Below are positions 1 to 12,078 of a stretch of 64,000 bases of DNA, one piece after another. The notes beneath the pieces were generated by a model. It was not told the DNA's origin, made no database searches, and saw nothing but the letters and a program-made list of their open reading frames with translations. The stretch comes from Podarcis gaigeae (taxonomy: Eukaryota). The DNA lies in the NCBI GenBank assembly GCA_964106915.2, contig OZ066922.1; one strand, 5' to 3'. Position numbers and translations under genes: made by a program. Numbering within the stretch: position 1 is the first letter of the stretch; every line of letters begins with the position of its first letter.

Positions 1-2
1 AT

Positions 3-803
3 GGTAACATTCTAGTACACCAGTCACGTAAAATTGCTGATGTGTTAAGCAAACTAAACCTGATGGATGCTAACCCTGTAGACACACCGATGACAACAGG
101 TTATCAGGTAGATGACACTGGAGAAGCATTTTCTGATACTACACTGTACAGAAGTGTGCTAGGCAAGCTAAACTTCATTGCCAGATGTTCAAGACCTGAC
201 ATTGCTGTTAGCTGTAATTTGCTAAGCAGACAAGTCAACAATCCTACTGTTAAGGATTGGAAAGCTCTGAAACGCATAGCGCGGTATTTAAAAGGCACTA
301 TGCATTACAGACTGAGATTTAACAATCAGAAGTCTGGTGGTCTTGAGATATTTGCAGATGCAAGTTTTGGAAGTGACACTACAGACAGGAAAAGTACGTC
401 TGGAGTTTGCTATAAGTACAATCAGGGTCTATTTGATTGGTCATGCAAGAAGCAAACAACAGTTAGCTTAAGTACTTGTGAAGCTGAACTGAATGCACTG
501 TCTTATTCACTTAAGGATTGTGAATGGTTGTTACAATTGTGCAAAGACATAAAAATTCCTGTCAAATGTCCAATCCAGGTTTACCAGGACAACAAAGCAT
601 GTTTGGCTTTGCTGAATTCTGAAGGTTGTAAGCAAAGCACAAAGCACTTGCAATTGAAGTTGCAACATGCTAGGGAACGTATTCAGAAGGGACTCGTAAC
701 GGTGTCCTATATGCCAGGTAATGAAATTCCTGCTGATGTATTGTCCAAGATTGTATCAAGGGATCAACACTGTACCTATGTGCAGAAGTTGGGTTTGTAC
801 TGA
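3..803 (+). CDS. pol: Ty1/copia retrotransposon pol, C-terminal RT + RNase H (5' partial, ORF enters from the window edge)
   Basis: Frame is open from nt 3 (GNILVHQSRKIADVLSKL...). Copia motifs YRSVLGKLNF, RPDIA, ADASFG, DRKSTSG, KKQTTVSLSTCEAE, DNKAC, TKH, PADVLSK. No stops or frameshifts. Confidence 0.95.
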   Translation, partial: GNILVHQSRKIADVLSKLNLMDANPVDTPMTTGYQVDDTGEAFSDTTLYRSVLGKLNFIARCSRPDIAVSCNLLSRQVNNPTVKDWKALKRIARYLKGTMHYRLRFNNQKSGGLEIFADASFGSDTTDRKSTSGVCYKYNQGLFDWSCKKQTTVSLSTCEAELNALSYSLKDCEWLLQLCKDIKIPVKCPIQVYQDNKACLALLNSEGCKQSTKHLQLKLQHARERIQKGLVTVSYMPGNEIPADVLSKIVSRDQHCTYVQKLGLY

Positions 804-840
804 TATTGTACGAACACGCTGCCCAGTGATGTTCACAGAA

Positions 841-1175
841 AGGGGGAGGATGTTGGTTTCTGCTTCCTTCACTGAGCAGCGAAGTGCTTGTCACAAGACA
901 ATGTTTACATTCCACAGTCAAATGCTGTTGGGTTTTCTCACGGGAAAGGAGACTGGATGTGACGTACACTGGTTTCCTGTTTTTCACTGTTCTTTGCAGT
1001 TCAGTGTGATTCTCTCCGTGCTTTACAGGAGAGAGGATGCCTTTCTCTGCTCCGGCAGAGGGAAAATGTTTTTCTGTAAATTACCAGCTTTGAAGTGTAA
1101 ATAAAGTAATATAGAGCATGTTGGCACGTACTTTTCATCATTCCGCTGTGCACTGGACACTGCTTATCTCCAACA
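841..1175 (+). mobile_element. Polypurine tract (841-850) and 3' LTR (851-1175) of the Copia element
   Basis: AGGGGGAGGA directly precedes TGTTGG; the LTR ends CCAACA (6-bp terminal inverted repeat); AATAAA at 1100-1105; SINE sequence starts abruptly at 1176. Confidence 0.9.
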
Positions 1176-1480
1176 GTGCGCCCATCTCACTCAAGAGGCC
1201 AGGGGCCAGCGCTGTCCGGAGACACTTCCGGGTCACGTGGCCAGCGTGACATTGCTGCTCTGGCGAGCCAGAGCCGCACATGGAAACGCCGTTTACCTTC
1301 CCGCTGGTAAGCGGTCCCTATTTATCTACTTGCACCCGGAGGTGCTTTCGAACTGCTAGGTTGGCAGGCGCTGGGACCGAGCAGTGGGAGCGCACCCCGC
1401 CGCAGGGATTCGAACCGCCGACCTTTCGATCGGCAAGTCCTAGGCGCTGAGGCTTTAACCCACAGCGCCACCTGCGTCCC
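1176..1480 (-). mobile_element. Sauria SINE, young subfamily, interrupted by the Copia insertion
   Basis: Near-identical to the copies at 39330 and 40721; B-box GGTTCGAATCCC on the minus strand; the 3' tail is absent (displaced by Copia). Confidence 0.9.
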
Positions 1481-2050
1481 ATAACCTCTGCTTAGAAACC
1501 TCCTATGAAGGAGACTCCACCACCTTCAGGATTTTCCTTTTCATATTAGATTCAGGTATCATTAGCAAAATTAATAAAATCAGGAAAATTTTAAACTGAT
1601 GTAAAACAGAAGAATACAGAATGCTAAAATTCTGCATTGTTTTTGACCTGCAACATATAGTAGCTAGGTAATAAAATGAAGCAACACATATGTGTATACC
1701 AGCTTGCTAAACAATTGTGTTCTGTAGCACTTAGTGATCACCTAATAAAGACATTCTCTCATTTTCTAAGTGGTGAGTGGGAGTGGTAATGAGCCGTGTC
1801 CATGGCATTGATAATAATAGATAGCACAAAGGAGGATTGTAGGAGTATCTCTTATAAAGACACATATAAAGCAATTTAAGAACAGAAATTACAGCATATG
1901 AAGGAAACTACTTTATTAATACATGATGGGGCACTGTGATCATTCCATAATGTAATGCCATAGTCTGGAGGGAGTCCTAGGCAGGTCTTAGATGCCATGC
2001 AGACTAACAGTGTTACTTGGTAGTACCAGGCTGGGAACAAGCACCCTAAT

Positions 2051-2178
2051 TAAGGATGGGAAACCTGTGGCTCCCCAGACGTTGGACTCCAACTCCCATC
2101 AGTCCCAACCACCATGGCAAGGGATTATGGGATTTGTTGTCGAACCACATCTGGAGGACCACAGTTTCTCCACCCCTG
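2051..2178. mobile_element. Palindromic hAT-like MITE (related decayed copies near 14830-14900, 24475-24606, 42390-42480, 60650-60779)
   Basis: Imperfect inverted structure GGATGGGAAACCTGTGG...CCACAGTTTCTCCACCCCTG with the internal AACTCCCATC/ATGGGATTT motif recurring across the window. Confidence 0.65.
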
Positions 2179-2479
2179 CTTTAAAAACTTGCAATTTTTA
2201 GGTTCATTTCAGAGCTAGAGGTTCTGCCTCATGGTTGCTTAGTTTTTTACAGGTTTTGCTGTGACATGGTCTCCTGAGTTCAGAAACTCCAAACTACTGC
2301 TAACAAGCTTTGAGAATCTATGAAGCCCTATGGGGGGGGGGGGGAGGGTTGTTCAGAAGATTGAAATCTTCTTCCACATGAAGAAACAAATGGAAAGTAA
2401 AAGAATAAGACAATGGCCATTCATCACGTTGGGAAATCTTGAACTGTGTGCTTGTTGAAGCTGGCCACAGAGGCCAGAA

Positions 2480-2629
2480 AGGGGGGCAGGGCTAGCGGAG
2501 AGCGTCCTGGGGGGGTGCCACCCATGGTGAGCAGTGAGCGTCCCAGGGGGGCGGCACGGCGATGTCACCCCCCTCTGGGATGACACCCGGGGTGAACCCC
2601 CCCCCCACTGCCCCCTTCCTCTGCCACTG
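2480..2629. mobile_element. GC-rich non-autonomous DNA transposon fragment
   Basis: Abrupt GC-rich island ending in GCCACTG (CAGTGGC-type terminus) with an internal GTCACCCC...TGACACC inverted motif. Confidence 0.4.
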
Positions 2630-3879
2630 GCTGGCCAACAACACTTTTACTCATACTATGCAAGATATTCAAAACAGATAAGCTACTACAGTACTATTCG
2701 TGAAATCACAAATCAGCTTTATGGAATTTTGTTATGCAACAAAGTTGTAAGCTATAGTAAATCAGTGCCTCCCATCTCCAATAAAATATTTCACCCAAGG
2801 TATTTTTATTGCATTTTTTGAAACTCAGATGCTAGCAAGGCAATGTGGAGTGGAGCACCAGTAGATCTTTTAATCTAATGAAAATGCATGAAACCCAATT
2901 TATTTTGAATTATCGCTATAAGGAGCATCTAAGTGTGTTCCTTTGTTTGTTCACTGCATTTCATTTAAAATAAATTGCCATTTAAAAGCCTATTATCTGT
3001 TTCACACCTGGAAACAGTCTTCCCTTGTGCTACAAACACAGAACATCTTAATGCAAAACCATCTGTGGCTGATTATTACAAGTTTTAAAATAGCACACGA
3101 TTCCGATTGCTTAACAGTTAGTTGTAAAATAAATTAGACCCCATTCCCCCCAAAAAATATGCTTGAAAAAAGTTGAACATGTTGGTCCTTGTTTATCACC
3201 CAGTTTAAAAAACAACAACAATTCAAACACACCTTCAAATATTTACACAGTGCTGATGATGATTAACACCTATTATTTTTTGTTTGACAAAAGATACCGA
3301 CTAATTGCTGATTTCTGCTTTGACTGCTTCCTCTCCCTGCAACAGGCATCTAGCTTAGATTGCAGGCTGCAGGATGCTTACTAAAATTTCTTCACCACTG
3401 TAACAATCTGAGGCCAGTTTCTGATGTTATTTCCTGTCCTACTTAAAAATGTGTGAAAGGGAGTACCCAGCAAATTGATATACAAATGGCAGTGTGGCAA
3501 CATTATGGGATACACTGGTACAGACATCATTCTCTGCTATTTGCTATTTGGAGTAATGGCACCCGGGGATGGTTGATTGTCCCCCTTGATATTTTAAGAT
3601 GGGGAAATGGTGGAGAACCTAAACGTAAGCAAAAATCCCAGCAGATCCATTTAATGGCTGTGGTCTTTACAGACAGTGACTGCATGCTTCTGAATGCCAG
3701 CAGCTCCAGATTTAGGATGGTGTGGGCAGTCCCCTTGCACAGGACACCAAGCTGAGGGGGGTGCAATATGATAAGAATAACAACAACCATCTATATTGAT
3801 ATGGGTACCTACTCAATTATTGTGAAAATAAGAAATGGGGAGGGGATTTTATCAGTGCTCAGGGCGCCATGTTACCAAA

Positions 3880-4045
3880 ATCTGCTCCAATGCTAGTTGC
3901 TGGAAAGTTCAGGAGGGAAGAATGCTCTTGTGCTCAGGTTTTCCTTGAGGGTTTTACCACAGAAATCTGTTTGGCCGCTGTGAAAACAGGATGCTGGATT
4001 AGGTGGGCTATTGGTCTGATCCAGCAGGCATTTCTTAGGTTCATA
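3880..4045 (+). mobile_element. CR1-type LINE 3' UTR remnant
   Basis: Matches the 3' UTR of the CR1 copy at 44090-45310 (…AACAGGATGCTGGA…TGGTCTGATCCAGCAGG…TTCTTA). Confidence 0.55.
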
Positions 4046-4180
4046 TGGCTCTGCTGTGTAACATGTACTCTGACCAATTCTACAGGAGGTAGCCATAAAG
4101 CTTGGTTAGAGTGACCACAGATCTTGGTGCCCCTCTTACAAATTGGCCTCTGGTACTGTATCTGGTACTGATACAGGGAT

Positions 4181-4520
4181 GGGATGCGGGTGGTGCTGTG
4201 GGTTAAACCACAGAGCCTAGGACTTGCTGATCAAAAGGTTGGCGGTTTGAATCCCTGTGACGGGGTGAGCTCCCGTTACTCGGTCCCTGCTCCTGCCAAC
4301 CTAGCAGTTCGAAAGCACATCAAAGTGCAAGTAGATAAATAGGTACCGCTCTGGCGGGAAGGTAAACGGCGTTTAAGCAGCTTAGTCATGCTGGCCACAT
4401 GACCCGGAAGCTGTACACCGGCTCCCTCAGTCAGTAAAGCGAGATGAGCGCCGCAACCCCAGAGTCGGCCACGACTGGACCTAATGGTCAGGGGTCCCTT
4501 TACCTTTACCTTTACCTTTA
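4181..4520 (+). mobile_element. Sauria SINE, full length
   Basis: tRNA-like head, core CCAACCTAGCAGTTCGAAAGCAC…AAGTAGATAAATAGGTACC, (ACCTTT)n tail. Confidence 0.92.
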
Positions 4521-7500
4521 CTGGATTTGCATTAATGCTACTCTGTGGACATAGAAGGGATGGAGAAAATGAAAAGGGATGAACTTGTGAATATACGTTT
4601 TCCCATCCTGTTTCTACAGCTATGGTCTTAAAATATAATTTATCTGTTGCCAATTGTCATTTTTTTATGGAGAAAGAAAGAATCAAAGCTGTGCTTCTTG
4701 GAGTGCTTGAAAATAGGAGATGAGATATATTTCAGAGCACAAAAATGGTAAAATCTGAATGTGGATAATGTAGTTTTTAAAATTTATTTACAGAATTTTC
4801 AACTATGTTTTATTTGTTGGTTACATGCATTATAACCTGATTTTCCACTCAAATTTGGGTCCATGAGCTGGCTAACAACTTGATGGTTTCATAAAAACTC
4901 ACATTTAGGCACCACAAAAATGTCCCTCTGGGACCAACGCTAATAGAAACCTACAATGCAGAAATTAAAACATAATTCCCAAACACCAAACATTATAGTG
5001 ATGTGAATAGTGTCACATTGCCTGATATCAGCCTTTAAAGGCAGTGGTAACTGGTGAGGTTTCCAGAAAGGAAACCAAATACTATTCCCGTAGCAAAATA
5101 TCCTTTGCCAATTCCAGTTGCACAGTCCTCCTTGATTTATATTGTTCCTCCATCTTGACCTTTCAATAGCTGTTCAGCACGGAGGCCCATCACACACTCA
5201 TTCGTTCCTGATTGACACTCAGCAGGTGATCCTTTTCTCATCCAGAAAGCAGCAAAGCCATTCAGTTCTCTTCCTTGATGCTGCACTGCAAGGCATCAGT
5301 CAAAGTCAGCAGTAGGTCGCAATTGACATCAGCTGTAGCTCATTACTGGGAAACAAGATTGTCATGCTGTTCAAAATAGAGTGATCCATGATTGGAAGCT
5401 TGGCAGTGATCAGTGAGACAATTTTATTATCACGTTCATACTAAGTAAATGAGGCAGTATGAATCTGTGCTATATAGCTCCCTGGGCTACACAGCACAGA
5501 TTCCTTGGCATGGGATGGATAAGCTTCAGGGACTTCGATAACACAGTCTTTCTCGCAGGAGGCTCAAGTGGGTTATAAATGATCATATGCTTGGGTAAAT
5601 GGAGACTGAATCTAATCTATATGCAATACTGAACATCTCTCACATATTTAAAATTAAGGAAACGGTGCCTACCATATCCAAAATTCCTCCAAAAGTGTTA
5701 TCTGTATCTGTGAAAAACATATAAAATGATAAACAATGTTAGTTAGATGTCTTGAAATCAGCTTAAATGACTCAAGTCCACTTAAGGCCAGTCATATCAT
5801 GTCTCTACATATTCAGTGTATGTATTGGAAAGCACTTCGGAAAAGGACTATTCGAAATGAAGGACTTGCAATGAATTCAATCATGTCATTGAAAACCATT
5901 TATTTGATTATACAGATACTTGGGGTGACATTCAGGCCATACAAATAAATGAGATTTTACTTTCCCTTTAGGAGAAAGTCCAGTGATAGACTGTGTGATA
6001 TGTTCTCTGCAACTAAAGATTGTTTAATCTTCTTGGGGAAACTTGGGGAAATTTCACAGATTATCATCTACTGCCTGGAGATTGATAGACTGTCTGAATG
6101 ATATCTAGGTGCTCTCAGACTGATTTTCAGACACATTGTCCTTTCAGATGTAATCCTGCCACGTAAATTGCACACTCAAACATTTAGGACTGATTCTCTT
6201 GGCTATAAATAAGGTCAACAATCCTATGCATACTTACTTGGGGGTGAGATCATTGGCCTCAGAGGGATTTCTGCTGCAGTCCTAACCCCTGGCAGGGAGT
6301 GGCAGGGCTTTATGAAGTGGTACATCAGGCATAGTACTGCCACTCACGCCATCCTGGGCAGAACGTAGGAGGCTGTGCCATCTCCCAAGATGGTGCATTG
6401 AGGAGGCTTGTTTCACATGACAGTAGTAGGGGCAACTCAAGATCCTGCAGATCCTGTGCTAGCCCCACCCCAAAATGCCTATGCTGCCAGCATGGGTGAC
6501 ACTAGCAGCAGCTTCCCTCCTGCCACTTGAGTGGGTACATTGGAGCATTCCTTGCCAGCAGGACTATACTGCCAATGGAAAATGGGGAGCTCCTCCTGCT
6601 AATGGGCAGTGCTGGTCAGGGGGACACTTTCATTCCATCCAAACTCCCATCCAGCACGGTGAATTGTTGGGTGGGGGTGTTGGGTTGCTCTGTTATCACC
6701 AGGCAGATAAGCATGAAACCAGGCTGTGAGATCAATTAACAAATAAAACATCTATTCCTGAAGAGGAAAATGGTGGATCCTGGGGATTGACTGGAAAGAA
6801 TTTCTGCTCATGCATGGATGTGTGTATCTTAATTCCTGCTGATTTCCACACCTCACCTTCCACCACAAGAGAACAAGATAGCGAGATCCGTGCTTCATCC
6901 ATTTCTATTTCAGCTGATCCCCGAAGAGCAGCTGTTGAGGCAAGCTCAGGAGATTGCAGATGGAGGAAGGAGGCAAGAAAACCCAAGTCTGCAAGCAGAA
7001 TGGTAATTTGGATCCAAATCATAGTATTAAATATTTGCAGTGCTTTGATGTTACTGATTATAGGGATATATGTTACTTTAAAATGGGAAGAAGTAATAAA
7101 ATTGGGCAAAGCAGCTCAAAATGAAGATGGGTTTCAATGTCTAATACAATGAGGCCATTTTTAAACATATAATGCTTAGCACCCTGTTCTCCTGTTGCAC
7201 TGTTAAGTCACAAATCATCCACACTTCTTTTTATTTTAGTCCAGTGGCACAATAATCGTGGTTAAAGAGATGTAAGTGCAGTCTGTCCAACTGAGGAGCA
7301 ATTTATACAAGCAGGAATCTCCCATTTGAGGTCACGACAACATTCTTCTGAAATCATAAATGGGTTTTTTACAATCCTGTCCTAAAATGGTGGCAGCCCA
7401 TAAGTGCATGGAGCAAGTATACGAAAAGCTATAACTCATGTAACATTATAAAGCACATTGTTAGGGAAAACAGTACTGTAGGCACCTATGCCAGCGAACG

Positions 7501-7741
7501 TCTTTGGTATTAATCTTCTAGTAGCTGAAAATGGGAAATGCATTACATGCTGAGAAATGTTCTGATGAAAGATTTCCACGGAAACATTGAAATATTTATT
7601 TATCTGCCAAATGCCTCTTTGGAGTAATTGTCCATCTAGCACAGTGTTGTTATCTCTGACCAAGCAGCAACTCTTCAAGGTCACAGGTTTTTGCCATCAG
7701 CTGCTTGGTGCTCGATCCTTTTATCTGGAGATACCAGGGAC

Positions 7742-8120
7742 TGACAAGTGCCAGAGCACACGGAAATGCCGTTTACCTTCCCGCCACAGTGGTATCAATT
7801 TATCTACTCGCACTGGTGTGTTTTCAAACTGCTAGGTTGGCAGGAGCTAGGACAGAGCAAGGGAAGCTCACCCCATTGTGGGGATTCAAACCACTGACCT
7901 TATGATCAGCAAGCCCGAGGCTCAGTGGTTTAGACCATAGTGCCACCTGCTTCCCTACGTACCGTGCTCCAGAAGCAGTTTCATCATGCTGGCCGCATGA
8001 CCTGGAAAAGCTGTCTGTGGACAAATGCTGGCTCCCTCAGCCTGAATGTGGAGATGAGTGCTGCACCCCATAGTTGAATTCGACTGGACTTAACCGCCCA
8101 GGGGTCCTTTACCTTTACCT
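7742..8120. mobile_element. Sauria SINE with inverted 5' half (7742-7955 minus; ~7961-8120 plus), inserted in an older tRNA-derived SINE (~7700-8178, minus)
   Basis: The 5' half reads antisense and the 3' half sense with an ACCTTT tail. TSD-like GGGACTGA 7737-7744 / GGGATTGA 8124-8131. Confidence 0.85.
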
Positions 8121-8974
8121 GTTGGGATTGAACTTGGAACCTTATGTACACAAGGAATGGGTTCCATCATTGAATTATGACACAAAATCAAGAAGGTACT
8201 TGTTATTCTTTGCGCAGCCCCCCCCCCCCAAGTTGGAGTGATTTAGCATCCTTCCTTGGAGTCTGAGCCTTCGTATTGGCTCTGTGCTATGAAAGTTGTG
8301 ACAGTGCATATAAATCGCAGCTCATTGCTATGGCCACAAGCTGGGATCTGAAGCAAAACATTTTGAGTAAGATGCATAGTTGTTGGGCAAGTACTCCTCA
8401 TATCAGTTTACAACCAGAATAAGGGAAGAAGAAGAAAACCGACCGCCCACTCTAGTTCTCTGGAGAAAGAGTGACATCTTGTGGATTGATCATACGGATT
8501 TCCCATCTGGAAAACTGAATTCCTATCTCCACTCCCCTGCTCCTTCTGTTAAAAAGCTGGCAGTCTGCATTCATGTGGCATCTGCTGCCATTTGTTTAGA
8601 GCAACTCCTGATTTGACAGAAGGATTAAAAGATGGGCAACAGGATTCATCGTCGTTTATTATGCCATGGGCACACAAAAGAAACTTTGTTTCCAGGCTCA
8701 TTTAGTTGGAAGGTAGCATTTTAACTCAAGTTTTCAAGTTTCTAAGTTTATTGTTCTACCCAAAAACCATAACATGCTTGTATTAGGCAACAGTATTAAT
8801 AAAATAATATGGAACATATATCTATAATATTAAAAATACATAATATAAAAGACTTTGCCAAGTTCCTGAGTATTAAACACAGTTTTCCTTGTGTATCCAA
8901 TTCTATTTTTTTTTACCTTTTAAAAAATCCAATTTTGCATTTTAACTGAAAATTGACTGATTATTTATTTCATA

Positions 8975-9460
8975 TCACAGAATCTTAGAGTTGGGAGGGA
9001 CTCTAAGGGTCATCTCGTCCAGCCCCTTGCAATGCAGGAATCTCAGCTAATGTATCCATGACAGATGGCCATCCAACCTCTGCTTAAAAACCTCCAAGGA
9101 AGGCTAGTCCACCACCTCTCGTGGGAGTCTGTTCCACTGCTGAACAGCTCTTACTGTCAGAAAGTTTTTCTGAATGTTTAGTGGGAATCTCCTTTCTCGC
9201 AACTTAAAGCCATTGGTTCGTGTCCTACTCTCCAGAGCAGGAGAAAACAAACTTCTTCCCTCCTCCATGTGACAGCCCTTAATATATTTGAAGATGGCTA
9301 TCATATCTCCTCTCAGTCTCCCCTTTTCTGGGCTAAACATACCAGCCCCTTCAAGCGCTCTTCATAAGGCTTACTTTTCAGACCCTTGATCATCTTGGTT
9401 GCCCTCCTCTGCACACATTCCAGCTTGTCAAAATCCTTCTTAAATTGTGGTGTCCAGAAT
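8975..9460 (-). mobile_element. CR1 LINE, 5'-truncated (ORF2 C-terminus and 3' UTR)
   Basis: ORF 9104-9340 RLRGDMIAIFKYIKG…RTRTNGFKL…KNFLTVRAVQQWNRLPREVV is the typical CR1 ORF2 end; ATTCT-type tail on the minus strand. Confidence 0.93.
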
Positions 9461-10089
9461 CCTAAATGACTTTAGGATTGCAGCCTTAAATATTTTAAAC
9501 ACATTGCTGATGATTTACCTTTAGTTATCATCTTCATTCTTTATATATTTATCCTGTATATGTGCATCATCAATTCTGTACCATGAGAATAGAGTACTGC
9601 ATCAGAATTCCATGCCTGGGTCTACATGGATGAGGAATTTTGCCCTTCTAGAAGTTATTATGAGTTTTCTTTTCTTCTATCTAATAGACTCTTCCCTCTA
9701 TCATTAAATGATTTTCTTGTTAATATAGCATCTACAAGAATGCACTTGTTGGGATGAGAACTTTAAATGTGAATGAATGTGAAAGGTAGTCAGAACCCTA
9801 TAATCTACTAATCTTCTAAAGTGGTAATTCATCAACAGTGCTTTCTGTTTAGAAAGATTATAAATCAGATGGCTTCACAGACTCATTACCTTTGACAGAG
9901 CTGGCTTGTTAGTGTTTTCAATCTCTTAAAAACAAATTATGAGAAATAACATGCAGGCACTCTTATCTGTTTCAGAAGCACATTGTGTATGACTTCCAAC
10001 AAATGCAATCTATAAATGCTCCATATTTTTTTGTCCAAATGATATAGTCCTTTATAGATTTGTAAACATTTATTGATACATTTTAATTA

Positions 10090-10292
10090 TTACATTTATA
10101 TTCCACCTTTCCTCCAAGGAGCTCAAGGTGACATACGTGGTTTTCCTCCTCTCCATTTTATCTTCAAAACAGCCCTGGGAGACAGCTTAGGCTTAGAGAT
10201 AGTCACTGGCCCAAGGTCACCCAATGAGAGCTTCATAGATTAGGACTAAGACTAAGACCTGGAACCCAGGTCCCAGGTCTTAGTCCAGCCAC
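10090..10292 (-). mobile_element. MIR/CORE-like tRNA SINE
   Basis: Reverse complement of the GGTGACCTTGGGCCAGT core also seen at 25912 and 31602. Confidence 0.65.
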
Positions 10293-10687
10293 CGTGATAT
10301 ACTTGTAGATATTATTCTCTTTCTCATGTACATCCATTAACAATGATCATACTTACATAGTAAGGGATTTGTGATCATATTCAGATGAGCATTTTTATCA
10401 CATTGTACAATGGCTCCCTTACAGAACTGAGTTGTTTGAATAAATTCATTCTCTGTTGTCTCCTGATGCATCCATGTTTTCAAGAAGCAAATGTTTTGTC
10501 ACTATGCTCTTGGGAGATGATGTTTAACTTCCCCAGAGTCCACCTTCTAATGATCAACTGGCATCTTCAGTTACAAACAAACCTTTTGTCTATTTTAGGG
10601 TTTGTGGGTTCATTAATCATATATCTATATGATGCAATCCTGTGTACACTTACATGGAAGTTAATCTCATTGAACTCTATGGGACTT

Positions 10688-12078
10688 GAAATAGATCCAA
10701 GAACAATCTCAGACCATAACCCAGTATGGGTCAAGTTTAAACAAGAAGAGGAAATGATAAAAAGATGGTGACTTAATGAAAGCATGTTAAATGATGAAAA
10801 TACAGTAAGGCCAAACAAAGCTTAGATGAATACTTTAAGTTTAATTTAAACCAAGGATATCATGGATATCAGAATGGTCTGGGATGCGAATAAAGTAGTC
10901 CTAACAGGTCTCTTTATTCAACAAAATGCTTACCAAAAGAAAAAAGAAGAAAAAAAGAAATGGAAATATGGGAAGAAATTGATAAGAGTGAAAAGAAATT
11001 ATTCCAAAAACCAGATGATGAATCAATCAAACAAAATATAAAAATATCCAAGACACAATTCTCAATGATAATTAACGAAGAAATAGAATGGAAGATTAAA
11101 TGGTTAAAAAAATAGAAGTTTCGAGCATGCGAATAAGCCAGGCAGATTATTGACCTGGCAACTAAAAAAGAAGCAAGAGGTCGCAGCGGCCATGGTTAAG
11201 TGGTCCCAGGATTTTGGATACACGATAACCTTGAAACCTTGGGAAACTTTGTGGAAGATAAACTGGAAATTTACTTCTTGTTATACTCTGAGAGAGAACT
11301 TCCTAAAAATGCAACCTCGGTGGTATCTAACCCCGTGGAAACTCTCTAAAATGTATAAAAATATCAAGCAATTGTTGGCGATGTAAGGAAAAACCAGGTA
11401 CCCTGTACCACATGTGGTGGCAGTGTAAGGAAATTGAGACATTCTGGGAGGAGATTCACTCAGAGTTGGAAAAAATGTTAAAAGTTCCCTTAAAAAAACC
11501 ACCAGAAGCCTTCCTTTTGGGAATTACAGACCTGGATATTCCCCAAAAAGCAAAATATATTATATGCCACGGTGGCTGCGAGAGTTCTTATAGCAGCAAA
11601 TTGGCAGAGTGATAAAATACCCTCAAGGAAAGAATGGATTTCAAAATTAGTGGAATATGTGGAATTAGATAGCCTGTCTGAAAAAAACAAAGAACAAATC
11701 AAAACAAATATTTATTTCAATATGGGAAGCCTTTAAAATATATCTGAAAAATAATTATCCCAGTTCAAATTCTGTCACAGCATTTGAGTAACTTTAGTAG
11801 CAGTTCTAAGTTTGCAGTGAAAGATAAGATAGTTCAATCATATCTAAATTTTGATAAAATGTATTGTGTAATGAAAATTAATGAAAATTTGAAGTAAGGA
11901 GTGGACGGGAAGTTGGCTCTATAGTAATAAGACCATTTTCAGTGTGTTATTTTGTGTTTAACATAGTGCTTAGGATTTTTTTCTTTTTGATGTAGATGTT
12001 GTTGTTGAGGTTGTTGTATTTTTCTTTTATGTTTTTGGGATGATGTATGTGTATATCGGGTTGAATAATAATAAAAAA
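10688..12078 (+). mobile_element. L1-clade LINE, 5'-truncated and internally deleted (endonuclease end joined to C-terminal domain, no RT)
   Basis: SDHNPV endonuclease motif, W*LNES, EHANKPGRLL, then directly MVKW…LRENF…CWRC…HMWWQC zinc knuckle; A-rich tail. TSD GAACTCTATGGGACTT 10672-10687 / GAATTCTATGGGATTT 12079-12094. Confidence 0.88.
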
